Shown here in pieces: positions 15,900 through 24,566 of a DNA stretch of 42,197 nucleotides. The translations under genes and the position numbers were made by a program. The DNA comes from Escherichia phage altidsur, in sequence record MN850568.1; one strand, written 5' to 3'. Position 1 is the first letter of the stretch. The number at the start of each line of letters is the position of its first letter. Below the pieces are notes generated by a model. The model was given only the letters and a program-made list of their open reading frames with translations, searched no databases and had not been told where the DNA came from.

Positions 15900-16184
15900 A
15901 TGGTACTGGCATCTGAAAGTATTATCGAACAGGCTGGCGCAATCCGTGAAGCTGAGCATCTGCGTGGGGTAGCCGCAACGCTCGGTCACTGTGCTGGCAA
16001 CGGCGGTCTGCGTGGGCATTCAGTCGGCGGCGTATTTCCCTGCGTGATATTCTCGCGGGGCAACCCACATGAACACCTCGACTGGTGCTTCCTCGCACCG
16101 AACGGCGACGAGTTCGACGGCTTCGTAAGTTATGAAGATGCGTATGCAGCCGCGCAGGTATGGCTGGAACAACGAGAGGTGTGA
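15900..16184 (+). CDS. Early hypothetical protein, 94 aa
   Basis: Internal ATG of track ORF 15516..16184 with AGGGGG RBS; the upstream part of that ORF overlaps other genes out of frame. Confidence 0.5.
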   Translation: MVLASESIIEQAGAIREAEHLRGVAATLGHCAGNGGLRGHSVGGVFPCVIFSRGNPHEHLDWCFLAPNGDEFDGFVSYEDAYAAAQVWLEQREV

Positions 16185-16186
16185 GT

Positions 16187-16486
16187 ATGAGTAAGTGGAA
16201 AGATAACGTAGCCAAGCTACAGCGTTGGTTGGTCGATGCCTTTGGCGCACCGCCAGCCCCTGTGCATGACGACTCGCCGTTCAAGTACGTCGAGAAGAAA
16301 ACGCAGGAGCTTAAGCTGGGTGACTACGTGGTAGCATACGGCGGTTACATCCAGCGCATCGGTGCCGTGGAGTATGACGGTAGCCGACTGGTCGTAACCA
16401 AGTTAGGGCATGGGCCTGAGCGTGAGTGGCAGGCGTACGAAGATGACGAGTTCACCGTCCGTATTCTGAAAGAGGATAACAAATGA
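16187..16486 (+). CDS. Early hypothetical protein, 99 aa
   Basis: ATG 3 nt after the upstream stop, with GAGAGGTG RBS; ATGA coupling to the next gene. Confidence 0.5.
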   Translation: MSKWKDNVAKLQRWLVDAFGAPPAPVHDDSPFKYVEKKTQELKLGDYVVAYGGYIQRIGAVEYDGSRLVVTKLGHGPEREWQAYEDDEFTVRILKEDNK

Positions 16487-16995
16487 TTGACTTCAAAACT
16501 TTTAACCCGAAGCAGTTAGAAGTGATTAAGCTGCTGGCTGCACACATCGACAGCGAGCCTATGCTCAGTGAGCTGGTCGAGTTCAAGGGTGGCTACCTGC
16601 CGAAGCAAAGCTACATCGGCGCAGTGCGTGCCGGGCGCGAGGGTATGCTGGACATTGTTCCGGCCACTCGTACTGGTGCGCTGCTGGCACGCAACGTCAG
16701 CGTCATCATCGGCATGAACATGCGAGCTGCACAGGCAGCGGGTGACGAGGAGTTGCAGGTCGAGCTGCGTCTGGCTGGCAAGATGGCAGCGCAGGCTATG
16801 TCCTCGGTTGATATTGCTGAGAAGTATCACGACTGGTACATGGCGTGCTCCAATGTGCCGGGGGATATTAGTGAGACGGCGCTGGGTCTGCTGTTCGTGG
16901 GCGAGTTCATTGACACAACGATGCGTACCATCAAGGGCAACGTTGAGCAGATGATTCGTGCAATGCTGGAGTCGAAGAATGCAACGCGACACTAA
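16483..16995 (+). CDS. Hypothetical protein, 170 aa
   Basis: Translationally coupled ORF of ordinary composition. Confidence 0.6.
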   Translation: MIDFKTFNPKQLEVIKLLAAHIDSEPMLSELVEFKGGYLPKQSYIGAVRAGREGMLDIVPATRTGALLARNVSVIIGMNMRAAQAAGDEELQVELRLAGKMAAQAMSSVDIAEKYHDWYMACSNVPGDISETALGLLFVGEFIDTTMRTIKGNVEQMIRAMLESKNATRH

Positions 16996-17149
16996 GCTGG
17001 CCGTAGTCAAATCACCCACCGGATTATTCTGGTGGGTTGTTAATAAACTCCAGCCGAATAAACCTTTGGCTGTGCGTGATACAAAGTGGGAAGCCGAGAG
17101 TAAACTCGAAGACCTGCAACGCATAGTGCGTAATGCTATTCCGGCGTAG
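16979..17149 (+). CDS. Small hypothetical protein, 56 aa
   Basis: Internal ATG of track ORF 16958..17149, overlapping the upstream stop by 17 nt; weak support. Confidence 0.3.
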   Translation: MQRDTKLAVVKSPTGLFWWVVNKLQPNKPLAVRDTKWEAESKLEDLQRIVRNAIPA

Positions 17150-17183
17150 TCATCTACTCATGCCTGTTATTATTTAGCAGGCA

Positions 17184-17205
17184 TTATGAAGGTGTCTATA
17201 TTGGC
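17184..17205 (+). promoter_or_regulatory. Phage promoter-like motif copy (TTATGAAGGTGTCTATATTGG), preceded by hairpin 17160-17184
   Basis: Matches the 22-bp motif at 31211-31232 in 17 of 20 core positions; perfect 7-bp stem ATGCCTG/CAGGCAT immediately upstream; precedes the gene at 17223. Confidence 0.4.
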
Positions 17206-17222
17206 CAACGTGAGGATGAAAT

Positions 17223-17426
17223 ATGTTCCGAGTTATATTGTTGTTCCTGTTCCTCGTTATTATTTGGGGAGCTTTATGGATGGCGCTGGCAGTGTTCGCA
17301 CTGATACCAGCCATCGGTGAGTCGGCTACTTCTTCGGTGGGTACGCTGCTCGGTATGCTGGTAGGCTGGGGCTTGATGCACGTAAGCCTGAGCGTAGGTC
17401 AGAGCCGGAGGTGGATTAGATGGTAA
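17223..17426 (+). CDS. Small membrane protein (two predicted TM helices), 67 aa
   Basis: Hydrophobic segments LLFLFLVIIWGALWMALAVFALI and LLGMLVGWGLMHV; downstream of a promoter-like motif. Confidence 0.5.
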   Translation: MFRVILLFLFLVIIWGALWMALAVFALIPAIGESATSSVGTLLGMLVGWGLMHVSLSVGQSRRWIRW

Positions 17427-17860
17427 AGCCTAAGTACAAAATCGGTGACGAGATTGTAGGTCACAACGACACTGGCACCCGGTCAGGTAAGCTGGGTATC
17501 GTCGCATGGGTTAACCCTGACCGCCGAGCATGGGAGCGCAGTGGCGAGACCCGCTACATCGTGAGCTGGATTGGTGAGCGGCTGAATGCACAGCCGGACA
17601 TCAGCCACTACAAGTCTGATTGGCTGGAGGATAATACCAGTCTGGTCAGCCGCAAGCCGGAAGACCGGGGCCGCTACATGTGCTTGGTCGAAGGTAGCAA
17701 TGCACCGCCGAAGGTTGAGCACATCACTGAACTGGATGCGCGGGAAGAAGCTGAGCGTTTGGCTGAGCGCAACGGAGGTACTGTCCGTGTGCTGCAAGTT
17801 GTAGCCAGCGTGAAGATGAAGAAGAAGATTCAGTACATACCAGAGTGGGATAACGAATGA
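17420..17860 (+). CDS. Hypothetical protein, 146 aa
   Basis: Translationally coupled ORF upstream of the primase. Confidence 0.55.
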   Translation: MVKPKYKIGDEIVGHNDTGTRSGKLGIVAWVNPDRRAWERSGETRYIVSWIGERLNAQPDISHYKSDWLEDNTSLVSRKPEDRGRYMCLVEGSNAPPKVEHITELDAREEAERLAERNGGTVRVLQVVASVKMKKKIQYIPEWDNE

Positions 17861-18567
17861 TGAAATCAGTGAGCAACGACGAGTGGCCGGAGCTGGCGAA
17901 GCGTCTGCCAGTAGGACAAAAGCGAAGGACGTTTCACAGTTGCTCGCGGTCATTCAGTAAGACCAACTTTGAGTATGGCCGTGCGCCGGATTACATATGG
18001 TGCAAGTGCCACCGCTGTGGGTACAGTCGCAAGCATGACCTGACTCATGCTGTGTACGTGCCGCCAGCCGAGGTGCAGGTGAAGGTGCCGACTGATGTGG
18101 TGCCTATCACTGAGGTGATTGCGAAGCAGCCCCGCCTTCTCCTGCCTGTGCTGGAGCGCGAGAACCTGATGCCGCACCTGTCCATCCTGACTGCAAGCCC
18201 AACGTATGGCAGGCTGTATCTGCCGGACGACACGGGCAGCTATTGTGGTCTGGACTATACCGGGCGGCAGTTCATACCGTGGCGCTCACCGCACAAGCAT
18301 AGCTTGGCAATGAAGGTACACCCACGCGGCGATGCTGAAACGAATTGCCTGTGGGTTTACGGTGAGGTGGACGAGTATCTCCAGCAGGTACGGGACGGGG
18401 GCAACTGTGCTTTCGTACCGAACGTGGACGACACGACATTGCAGGCGCTGGTCAGTGTGACGCTGGCCTACGGCTACAACCTCGTGGTCATCTGCCACCA
18501 CCCAAGTGCTCAACGTATCCGCAGGGAACTGCGTGTGGTAGGGCGAGTGCAGATAGTAGGAGAGTGA
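17857..18567 (+). CDS. DNA primase-like protein with zinc-ribbon (CxxxC...CxxC), 236 aa
   Basis: Cys cluster CSRSF...CKCHRCG near the N-terminus; sits directly upstream of the helicase, like the split primase/helicase of phiKMV-type phages. Confidence 0.55.
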   Translation: MMKSVSNDEWPELAKRLPVGQKRRTFHSCSRSFSKTNFEYGRAPDYIWCKCHRCGYSRKHDLTHAVYVPPAEVQVKVPTDVVPITEVIAKQPRLLLPVLERENLMPHLSILTASPTYGRLYLPDDTGSYCGLDYTGRQFIPWRSPHKHSLAMKVHPRGDAETNCLWVYGEVDEYLQQVRDGGNCAFVPNVDDTTLQALVSVTLAYGYNLVVICHHPSAQRIRRELRVVGRVQIVGE

Positions 18568-18568
18568 T

Positions 18569-19834
18569 GTGCTTGACAAGCTGTTGTTAACGGTGATGCG
18601 CGAGCGCGGGAAGTACAACTCCCTGCGACACGCCATCCCGGAAGATACAATGAGCCAGACCACGGGCTATATGCTGCGTGCTTACGGCTCATACTTTGAC
18701 GCGTTCCCGGACAGTGACTTCATTGACATTGAGACACTGGGTACGCATGTTCGTTTGAAGACAGGCAGCACGCCTGAACAGATGGCAGCCTTCGATTCGT
18801 TGTGCGCTCAGCTCAAAGAGTACAAGCCGACGAAGGAACAGAAGGAGGGCATCCTTGACCAGCTCGTAGAGTTGGACACTGCTGGTCGTGCGAACCTGCT
18901 AATGCAGAGGTACGACAATGGTGAAGAACTGGATATTATCTATGAGCTTGGCCGTCTGGCTGAGGGCGCACGCCGCAGTCGGGGTCAATCATCCGTTACC
19001 GATTACGTCGATGACGATGTTGTGGACATTATTAATCGGACTGATGATGACCAAGGCTTTAAGTTCGGTCTCATGTGCCTGCAAGATAGCGTACGCGTAC
19101 TGCTTCCCGGCGACTCCGTTGCAATCGCTGCCCGACCTGACAGTGGGAAGACCAGCTTCATCGCGTTTAACCTTACGCGAATGGCGGCGACAGCAGCGAA
19201 GCTCTATCCGGGCAGACCAATCCTGTGGTTCAACAACGAAGGGCAGGGCATCAACATCATCCCGCGCATCTATCAGGCGGCGCTCAACTGTACGCTCCCG
19301 GAACTGAAAGAGCTGGGTGAGGACAGGAGCAAGCTGCACGCTGCGTATGCCAAGGCACTGGGTGCGCCAGCCAATGTGATTCGTGTGAAGGATATGCACG
19401 GTGCAACGCTGGCGAAAGCTGAGCAGGTTATCGAAGCGATGAACCCGTGCATTGTGGTGTGGGATATGCTTGCCAACTTCAAGCTGTCTGTGTCTGACCC
19501 GTCCAGTAACAAGGCGAGTCAGGTCGAGCAGCTATGGCAGGAGGTACGTGAGCTGGCTGTGCGTCACAACTTCGTGTCGCTGGCTACGGTTCAGGTATCT
19601 GCTGATGGTGCCGACGATATGTTCCCGGCACTGGATGCACTCAAGGATTCCAAGACTGGTATCCAAGGGGCGACTGATGTTATCGTGATGCTCGGCAGTG
19701 TGGATGACCCATCACTGGCAGCACGGCGCGGTGTCAGTACGCCGAAGAACAAACGCCAGATTGCTGGGCGTCCAAGCAACGTGCGGTCACAGGTACACTT
19801 CTTTGCCGACCGCTGCCAATACGAGGATATGTAA
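18569..19834 (+). CDS. DNA helicase (DnaB/T7 gp4 helicase-domain family), 421 aa
   Basis: Walker A (ARPDSGKTSF); Walker B-like IVVWDML and further downstream helicase-like segments; GTG start overlapping the upstream stop. Confidence 0.8.
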   Translation: MLDKLLLTVMRERGKYNSLRHAIPEDTMSQTTGYMLRAYGSYFDAFPDSDFIDIETLGTHVRLKTGSTPEQMAAFDSLCAQLKEYKPTKEQKEGILDQLVELDTAGRANLLMQRYDNGEELDIIYELGRLAEGARRSRGQSSVTDYVDDDVVDIINRTDDDQGFKFGLMCLQDSVRVLLPGDSVAIAARPDSGKTSFIAFNLTRMAATAAKLYPGRPILWFNNEGQGINIIPRIYQAALNCTLPELKELGEDRSKLHAAYAKALGAPANVIRVKDMHGATLAKAEQVIEAMNPCIVVWDMLANFKLSVSDPSSNKASQVEQLWQEVRELAVRHNFVSLATVQVSADGADDMFPALDALKDSKTGIQGATDVIVMLGSVDDPSLAARRGVSTPKNKRQIAGRPSNVRSQVHFFADRCQYEDM

Positions 19835-20196
19835 TGAGCCATTTAAAGGTAGGCGACCGAGTAGTAAACATTGATGCACGCAGTGTGCATTACGGTGCGA
19901 AGGGTACTGTGGTTGACATCAACGACAAGTACGTGAGCATTGACCGCGATGATGGTGCGCGTGGTTCTGGTATCAGCGGCTCGTGGACTGCACGCCATGC
20001 GTCGTGGGCGCGGATTGGTGACGCGCCGCATGTGGCAGCCACGCCGGAACCGGAGGCGACTGCCGAGGACTGGAGTTACGCTGAGGCTGAGCGTCTGTAC
20101 CAAGCGGCGTGCGATGCCATGTCAGTGTACAACCAGTACGTTGAGCGTAAGCCAACGACCAGCTACCTGCCCGGCAGCGTGCCGAGTAAGTGGTGA
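19834..20196 (+). CDS. Hypothetical protein, 120 aa
   Basis: TAATG-coupled ORF; N-terminal KVGDRVV...GTVVDI resembles a small beta-barrel fold. Confidence 0.5.
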   Translation: MSHLKVGDRVVNIDARSVHYGAKGTVVDINDKYVSIDRDDGARGSGISGSWTARHASWARIGDAPHVAATPEPEATAEDWSYAEAERLYQAACDAMSVYNQYVERKPTTSYLPGSVPSKW

Positions 20197-20360
20197 AGGG
20201 TCGCAGCTATCGCCGTTGCTCTTGCGGCGGCAGTCTGCTGGCTGAGCAGACCAAGGGCAAGGCCACTGGCAAGACGCTGGTGATTTACGAGTGTGAAAAG
20301 TGTGGAGTAAAGCAGTATGGAAGAACGCACGTATCGAGCGGCACCCTTAAACCAACGTGA
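20193..20360 (+). CDS. Zinc-ribbon mini-protein (55 aa, GTG start; CxC...CxxC)
   Basis: GTG overlapping the upstream TGA stop; four Cys arranged C-S-C ... C-E-K-C; not in the ORF track. Confidence 0.3.
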   Translation: MKGRSYRRCSCGGSLLAEQTKGKATGKTLVIYECEKCGVKQYGRTHVSSGTLKPT

Positions 20361-20508
20361 GCAAGCAACCATCCGGGCGCAGTACCGGAAGGGTGATGCG
20401 TTCCGTGGTGCTGAGGCGCTGGCCGAACGTTTCAATGTGCCGCCTGCTGATGTGGTGGCAGTGGTGAACTTCACTTATCGCAAGGGGAAACAGAAGCATG
20501 ATAAGTAA
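20317..20508 (+). CDS. Small basic hypothetical protein, 63 aa
   Basis: ORF in the gap before the nucleotidyltransferase-like gene; overlaps the zinc-ribbon ORF, so at most one reading may be correct here. Confidence 0.35.
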   Translation: MEERTYRAAPLNQREQATIRAQYRKGDAFRGAEALAERFNVPPADVVAVVNFTYRKGKQKHDK

Positions 20509-21181
20509 TGCAGAAGTCAAGCGCGTATGGGCAGAGGACATCTGCCGTCTGCTGCAATCACATGAGCTGAACTTTGTGGTTGCCGGGGGAGGGGCAAGGG
20601 ATACAGCGCTGGGTGTTGAGCCGAAGGACTATGACATCGTGGTCTTCGGTTGGGGTGGGGATGTAAGCCGCGTGGTCGGTAGATTGGAATGGTTGGACAC
20701 CAACCTCGAAGCGTATGCCAAGCAGCACAACCTGCCGTATGAGTACATGCCAAGCTACCACGACGCAGCCGAGGGCGGCGACTTCGGTTCCCGTCTGTAC
20801 GGTGTGTTCAAGCTCGGCCCGGTTGACATCATCATTAGTAAATGTGGCTGCTGGTCACAGGTGCTGAGCGAGTTCGACTTCAACCTGAACCAGTTCTACT
20901 TCCCGTCCAGTATCCCGCGATACTCCGGGCAGTACAGCCGTGACCCCGGTGAGTTCATGGCGTACCCGTACGAGCCGAAGCTAACAGCCGAGGACGTGCA
21001 GTGGTATCCGGCGCTGGCCAGTCTGGTTGAAAGCTACGACGACCTGCTGACTCTCCGTGTCTGCCGACCGGATGCCAGCCTGAGTCGTGTGGCCTACATG
21101 CTGGAGAAGCACGAGACACACCGCGAGCGCATCGAAGCATACGTCAATCGTATGCCAGACCATTTGGGTGGCACAGCATAG
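20498..21181 (+). CDS. Pol-beta-superfamily nucleotidyltransferase-like protein (CCA-adding/poly(A) polymerase head-domain motif), 227 aa
   Basis: Motif VAGGGARDTALGVEPKDYDIVVF fits the GGxVRD...DxD signature of class II nucleotidyltransferases, read by eye. Confidence 0.5.
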   Translation: MISNAEVKRVWAEDICRLLQSHELNFVVAGGGARDTALGVEPKDYDIVVFGWGGDVSRVVGRLEWLDTNLEAYAKQHNLPYEYMPSYHDAAEGGDFGSRLYGVFKLGPVDIIISKCGCWSQVLSEFDFNLNQFYFPSSIPRYSGQYSRDPGEFMAYPYEPKLTAEDVQWYPALASLVESYDDLLTLRVCRPDASLSRVAYMLEKHETHRERIEAYVNRMPDHLGGTA

Positions 21182-21191
21182 CGGGGGATGA

Positions 21192-23657
21192 ATGGCAATA
21201 AGAGCACAGGTAATCGACGTTGAGACTGAGAACCATGAGTGGTATGGGGAGCTGGCATCGCCGCGCTGCCCAGATAACTATGTGGTTATGCAGGGCCAGC
21301 GTGACTGTGTGCTGACCAAGGATGGCTGGGTATTCTACGAGCGCGAGGAGTATCGGTACAGTTCTCGTGAGGACTGGTTGCAGAACAAGAGTCTGCACCT
21401 GCATCCTGACACGAACATTCTGGTAGCTCACAACGCGCCGTATGAATTGAGCTGGTGGTTCGAGCATTACGGTGACGAGTTCATTGCCTTCCTCAAACGA
21501 GGTGGCCGTGTATTCTGTACCGCGTATGCTGAGTACCTGCTGACGCATCAGCAATCCCAGTACCCATCCTTGAACGAGACAGCACCGAAGTATGGTGGTA
21601 CTCACAAGGTGGATGCAGTCAAGGCAATGTGGGAGTCAGGCTACCTGACCAGCCAGATTGACCCTGAGCTGCTGAGCGAGTATCTGTCCGGGCCGTCCGG
21701 GGATATTGAGAACACGACCAAGCTGTTCGTTGGTCAGTGGGCTGAACTGACAAAGCAGGGCATGTTGCCGATGGCACTGACCCGCTTCGAAGGTATGCTC
21801 ATGTGGGCGTACATGATGCACGCTGGTCTGCATGTTGACCGTGAGGTAGCCGAGCGCAACCGTCGCGAGTTACAGGATGCAATCAGTGGGCTGACTGAAA
21901 CGCTGCTGAGTTACCTGCCAGCCGACATGCCGAAGGAAGCGCGTGAGCAATTCAAGTTCACGTCAGCTTATCACATGAGCGCCTTCGTGTTCGGTGGTGT
22001 GATGAAGTACAAGGCGCGAGTCGAGCGCCGGGATGCCGAGGGCAATCTCATTTACGTGAAGGTGGATGCACCACTGTTCAAGCGAGGCAAGGACAAGTGG
22101 CTCAAGCATACCAGCGAGTGTGAGTGGGATGACGAGACTGGGTTGTGGTATGACCCGGTTGAGAAGGTACACCAGACTATCTACACCAGCGGCAAGCACA
22201 AGGGCGAGCCGAAGTTTGAGAAGCTGGCTACCGACGAGGTGGATACCAAGTGGGGTGAGGTGCTGTTCCGTATGCCGGGGCTTCTGCGTGTGCAGGACAA
22301 ACGAGCGAAGGAGATTGCAGACAACCTCGAATGGGAAGACCCGAAGAAGCCGGGCGAGTATCTCCGGCGCACAGGTGATTGGGTAGGTAAGCGTAGGCTG
22401 GCCGATGGTTCCCCGGTATTCAGTACGGCGGGTGAGGTGCTGGACATTCTGGCAGCTCGTAAGATTCCCGGCGTGGTGGAGATTGCTGACCGGGCCAAGG
22501 CACAGAAAGACCTCGGCACCTACTACCTCAGCGAGACGTTCGATGAAGAAGGTAACGTGACTGGCCAGTCGGGGATGATGCAGTTCATCCAGCCGGACAG
22601 TATCGTACACCACACCATCAACATGACCGCGACCGAGACGACGCGCTTATCTTCGGCGCGACCGAACAGCCAGAACTTGCCACGTAAAGGTACGAGTAAG
22701 GTTAAGCAGATGTTCACCTCCCGCTTTGGTGAAGGTGGCCGCATCGTTGAAGCTGACTACTCGGCACTGGAAGTGGTGGGGCTGGCCGGGTTCAGTAAGG
22801 ATAAGAACCTGATTCGTGCATTGCTCGACGGTATCGACATGCACTGTATGCGTCTGTCAGCTCAGCTCAACGAGCCATACGAGGACGTGCTTAAGAAGTG
22901 CAAGGATGAATCCCATCCCGACCATGCACGATACAGTCAGATGCGTACTGACATTAAGCCGAAGGCGTTCTCATATCAGTATGGTGCAACAGCGCGAGGT
23001 ATTGCGTACTCGACTGGTTGCTCTGAGGAAGAAGCTCAAGCGTTCATCGACAACGAGAAGGGTCTGTTCCCGGAAGTTGAAGAATGGTTCGACGCGGTTA
23101 TCTTCCCTGCCGTAGAGAAAAGTGGACAGAGCAATGTATTCAAGGAGCAGGACGAGAACGGGCGGTGGCAGGTGTATCGCCGTGGTCACTTCCGTTCGCC
23201 GGGTGGAACTTGTTATTCATTCCGTCAGTACGAGAAATGGAACAAGGCGGCGCGTGCTCACCTGATGGAATACAAACCAACTCAGATGCGTAACTATCCC
23301 ATTCAGGGTGAGACAGCATTTTGGGTACAGGGAATCGGTGGCTTGCTGTTCCGCTGGCTGCTATCGAATGACTTCTTTGGTGGGCGTGTGGTTCCCATCA
23401 ACCAAGTGCATGACGCATTCTATTTCGACATTGCACCTGACTGCCCTCACGAGTTCTTCGTTGGACTCAAGGCAATCATGGAGAGCATCCCGGAATACTA
23501 TAACCACGTATGGCCAGAGTATAACCTGACAGTGCCGTTCCCGGCAGAGGTGGAAGCAGGGCCAAGCATGTACGAGAAGCACCACGTAGAGACGACAGCC
23601 GATGAAGTGCTGGAGTTTAAGAGACAATTCCTGACGAGTAAGGGTATCGCATTATGA
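21192..23657 (+). CDS. DNA polymerase, family A, with 3'-5' exonuclease domain, 821 aa
   Basis: Exo I DVETE near the N-terminus; motif A DYSALEV, motif B RTDIKPKAFSYQYGA, motif C QVHDAF. Confidence 0.9.
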   Translation: MAIRAQVIDVETENHEWYGELASPRCPDNYVVMQGQRDCVLTKDGWVFYEREEYRYSSREDWLQNKSLHLHPDTNILVAHNAPYELSWWFEHYGDEFIAFLKRGGRVFCTAYAEYLLTHQQSQYPSLNETAPKYGGTHKVDAVKAMWESGYLTSQIDPELLSEYLSGPSGDIENTTKLFVGQWAELTKQGMLPMALTRFEGMLMWAYMMHAGLHVDREVAERNRRELQDAISGLTETLLSYLPADMPKEAREQFKFTSAYHMSAFVFGGVMKYKARVERRDAEGNLIYVKVDAPLFKRGKDKWLKHTSECEWDDETGLWYDPVEKVHQTIYTSGKHKGEPKFEKLATDEVDTKWGEVLFRMPGLLRVQDKRAKEIADNLEWEDPKKPGEYLRRTGDWVGKRRLADGSPVFSTAGEVLDILAARKIPGVVEIADRAKAQKDLGTYYLSETFDEEGNVTGQSGMMQFIQPDSIVHHTINMTATETTRLSSARPNSQNLPRKGTSKVKQMFTSRFGEGGRIVEADYSALEVVGLAGFSKDKNLIRALLDGIDMHCMRLSAQLNEPYEDVLKKCKDESHPDHARYSQMRTDIKPKAFSYQYGATARGIAYSTGCSEEEAQAFIDNEKGLFPEVEEWFDAVIFPAVEKSGQSNVFKEQDENGRWQVYRRGHFRSPGGTCYSFRQYEKWNKAARAHLMEYKPTQMRNYPIQGETAFWVQGIGGLLFRWLLSNDFFGGRVVPINQVHDAFYFDIAPDCPHEFFVGLKAIMESIPEYYNHVWPEYNLTVPFPAEVEAGPSMYEKHHVETTADEVLEFKRQFLTSKGIAL

Positions 23658-24547
23658 CCGCATCTGTATTGAACCGCATGAACTCCATCGTCGAACAGTA
23701 CGTTGACGAGGAAGAACTTGACTTTAACGAAGCCACGTCTGGTGGTGGTAAGCTGCTGCCGGAAGGTAAGGCACTGGCACGTCTGGTTGGCTACATTGAA
23801 GTGGGGCCGAGCGTAACCAAGCAGGCACCGGACAAGCCGCCTGTCAATAAGTTCTTCCTCCAGTTCGCGCTGTGGGGCAAGGCCAAGAACGGCGAGACTT
23901 ACCACGAAGTTGTCAATGGTAAGATGGTGCCGGGCAAGGTGCGCACGCAGTTCATCGCTGTGAAGAAAGACCTCAACAGCAAGTCCGGCGCATACAAACT
24001 GTTCAAGCGTATGAACCCGGACAAGACTGCGAAGCACTTCGCGCAGCTTCTGAACCACACCTTCATCGTTCCGATTATCCACAACGAATCGGGCGAGGGC
24101 GAGAACAAGAAGGTGTACGCCAACATCGACCTTGAGAACATCATGCTCGCGGTTGACCCGGTGACTGACCAGCCGTACCCGGTGCCGGAGGTTGAGGACG
24201 AGACGCTGTTCAAGCTGTTCCTGTGGAACCGTCCGACCAAGGAAGACTGGGAATCCCTGTACATCGAAGGTAAGAACGACGATGGCAAATCCAAGAACTG
24301 GATTCAGGATAAGCTGCTGGAATCTCCAGAGTTCCCCGGCTCTCCGCTTGACCTGCTGCTGAATGGTGCAGGTGCTGGCTCTGCAATCGCTGAGCTGCCG
24401 GAGCTGGGTGACGTGGGTGCGCCGGAGGAAGTGGCCGAGGTCAAGGAAGAAGTGAAGGAGCTGGAGACGGCTGGCGCTGCTGACAAGACCAGCACCAAAG
24501 AGCCGGACGTAACTGGCGAGGCTGACTTCGGGCTGCCGAGTCTGTAA
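23654..24547 (+). CDS. Hypothetical protein with acidic C-terminal tail (possible ssDNA-binding protein), 297 aa
   Basis: ATGA-coupled to the polymerase; C-terminus is strongly acidic (EEVAEVKEEVKELE...GEADFGLPSL), reminiscent of phage SSB tails; assignment speculative. Confidence 0.5.
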   Translation: MTASVLNRMNSIVEQYVDEEELDFNEATSGGGKLLPEGKALARLVGYIEVGPSVTKQAPDKPPVNKFFLQFALWGKAKNGETYHEVVNGKMVPGKVRTQFIAVKKDLNSKSGAYKLFKRMNPDKTAKHFAQLLNHTFIVPIIHNESGEGENKKVYANIDLENIMLAVDPVTDQPYPVPEVEDETLFKLFLWNRPTKEDWESLYIEGKNDDGKSKNWIQDKLLESPEFPGSPLDLLLNGAGAGSAIAELPELGDVGAPEEVAEVKEEVKELETAGAADKTSTKEPDVTGEADFGLPSL

Positions 24548-24566
24548 CTGACGCAGGCACAGGGAC

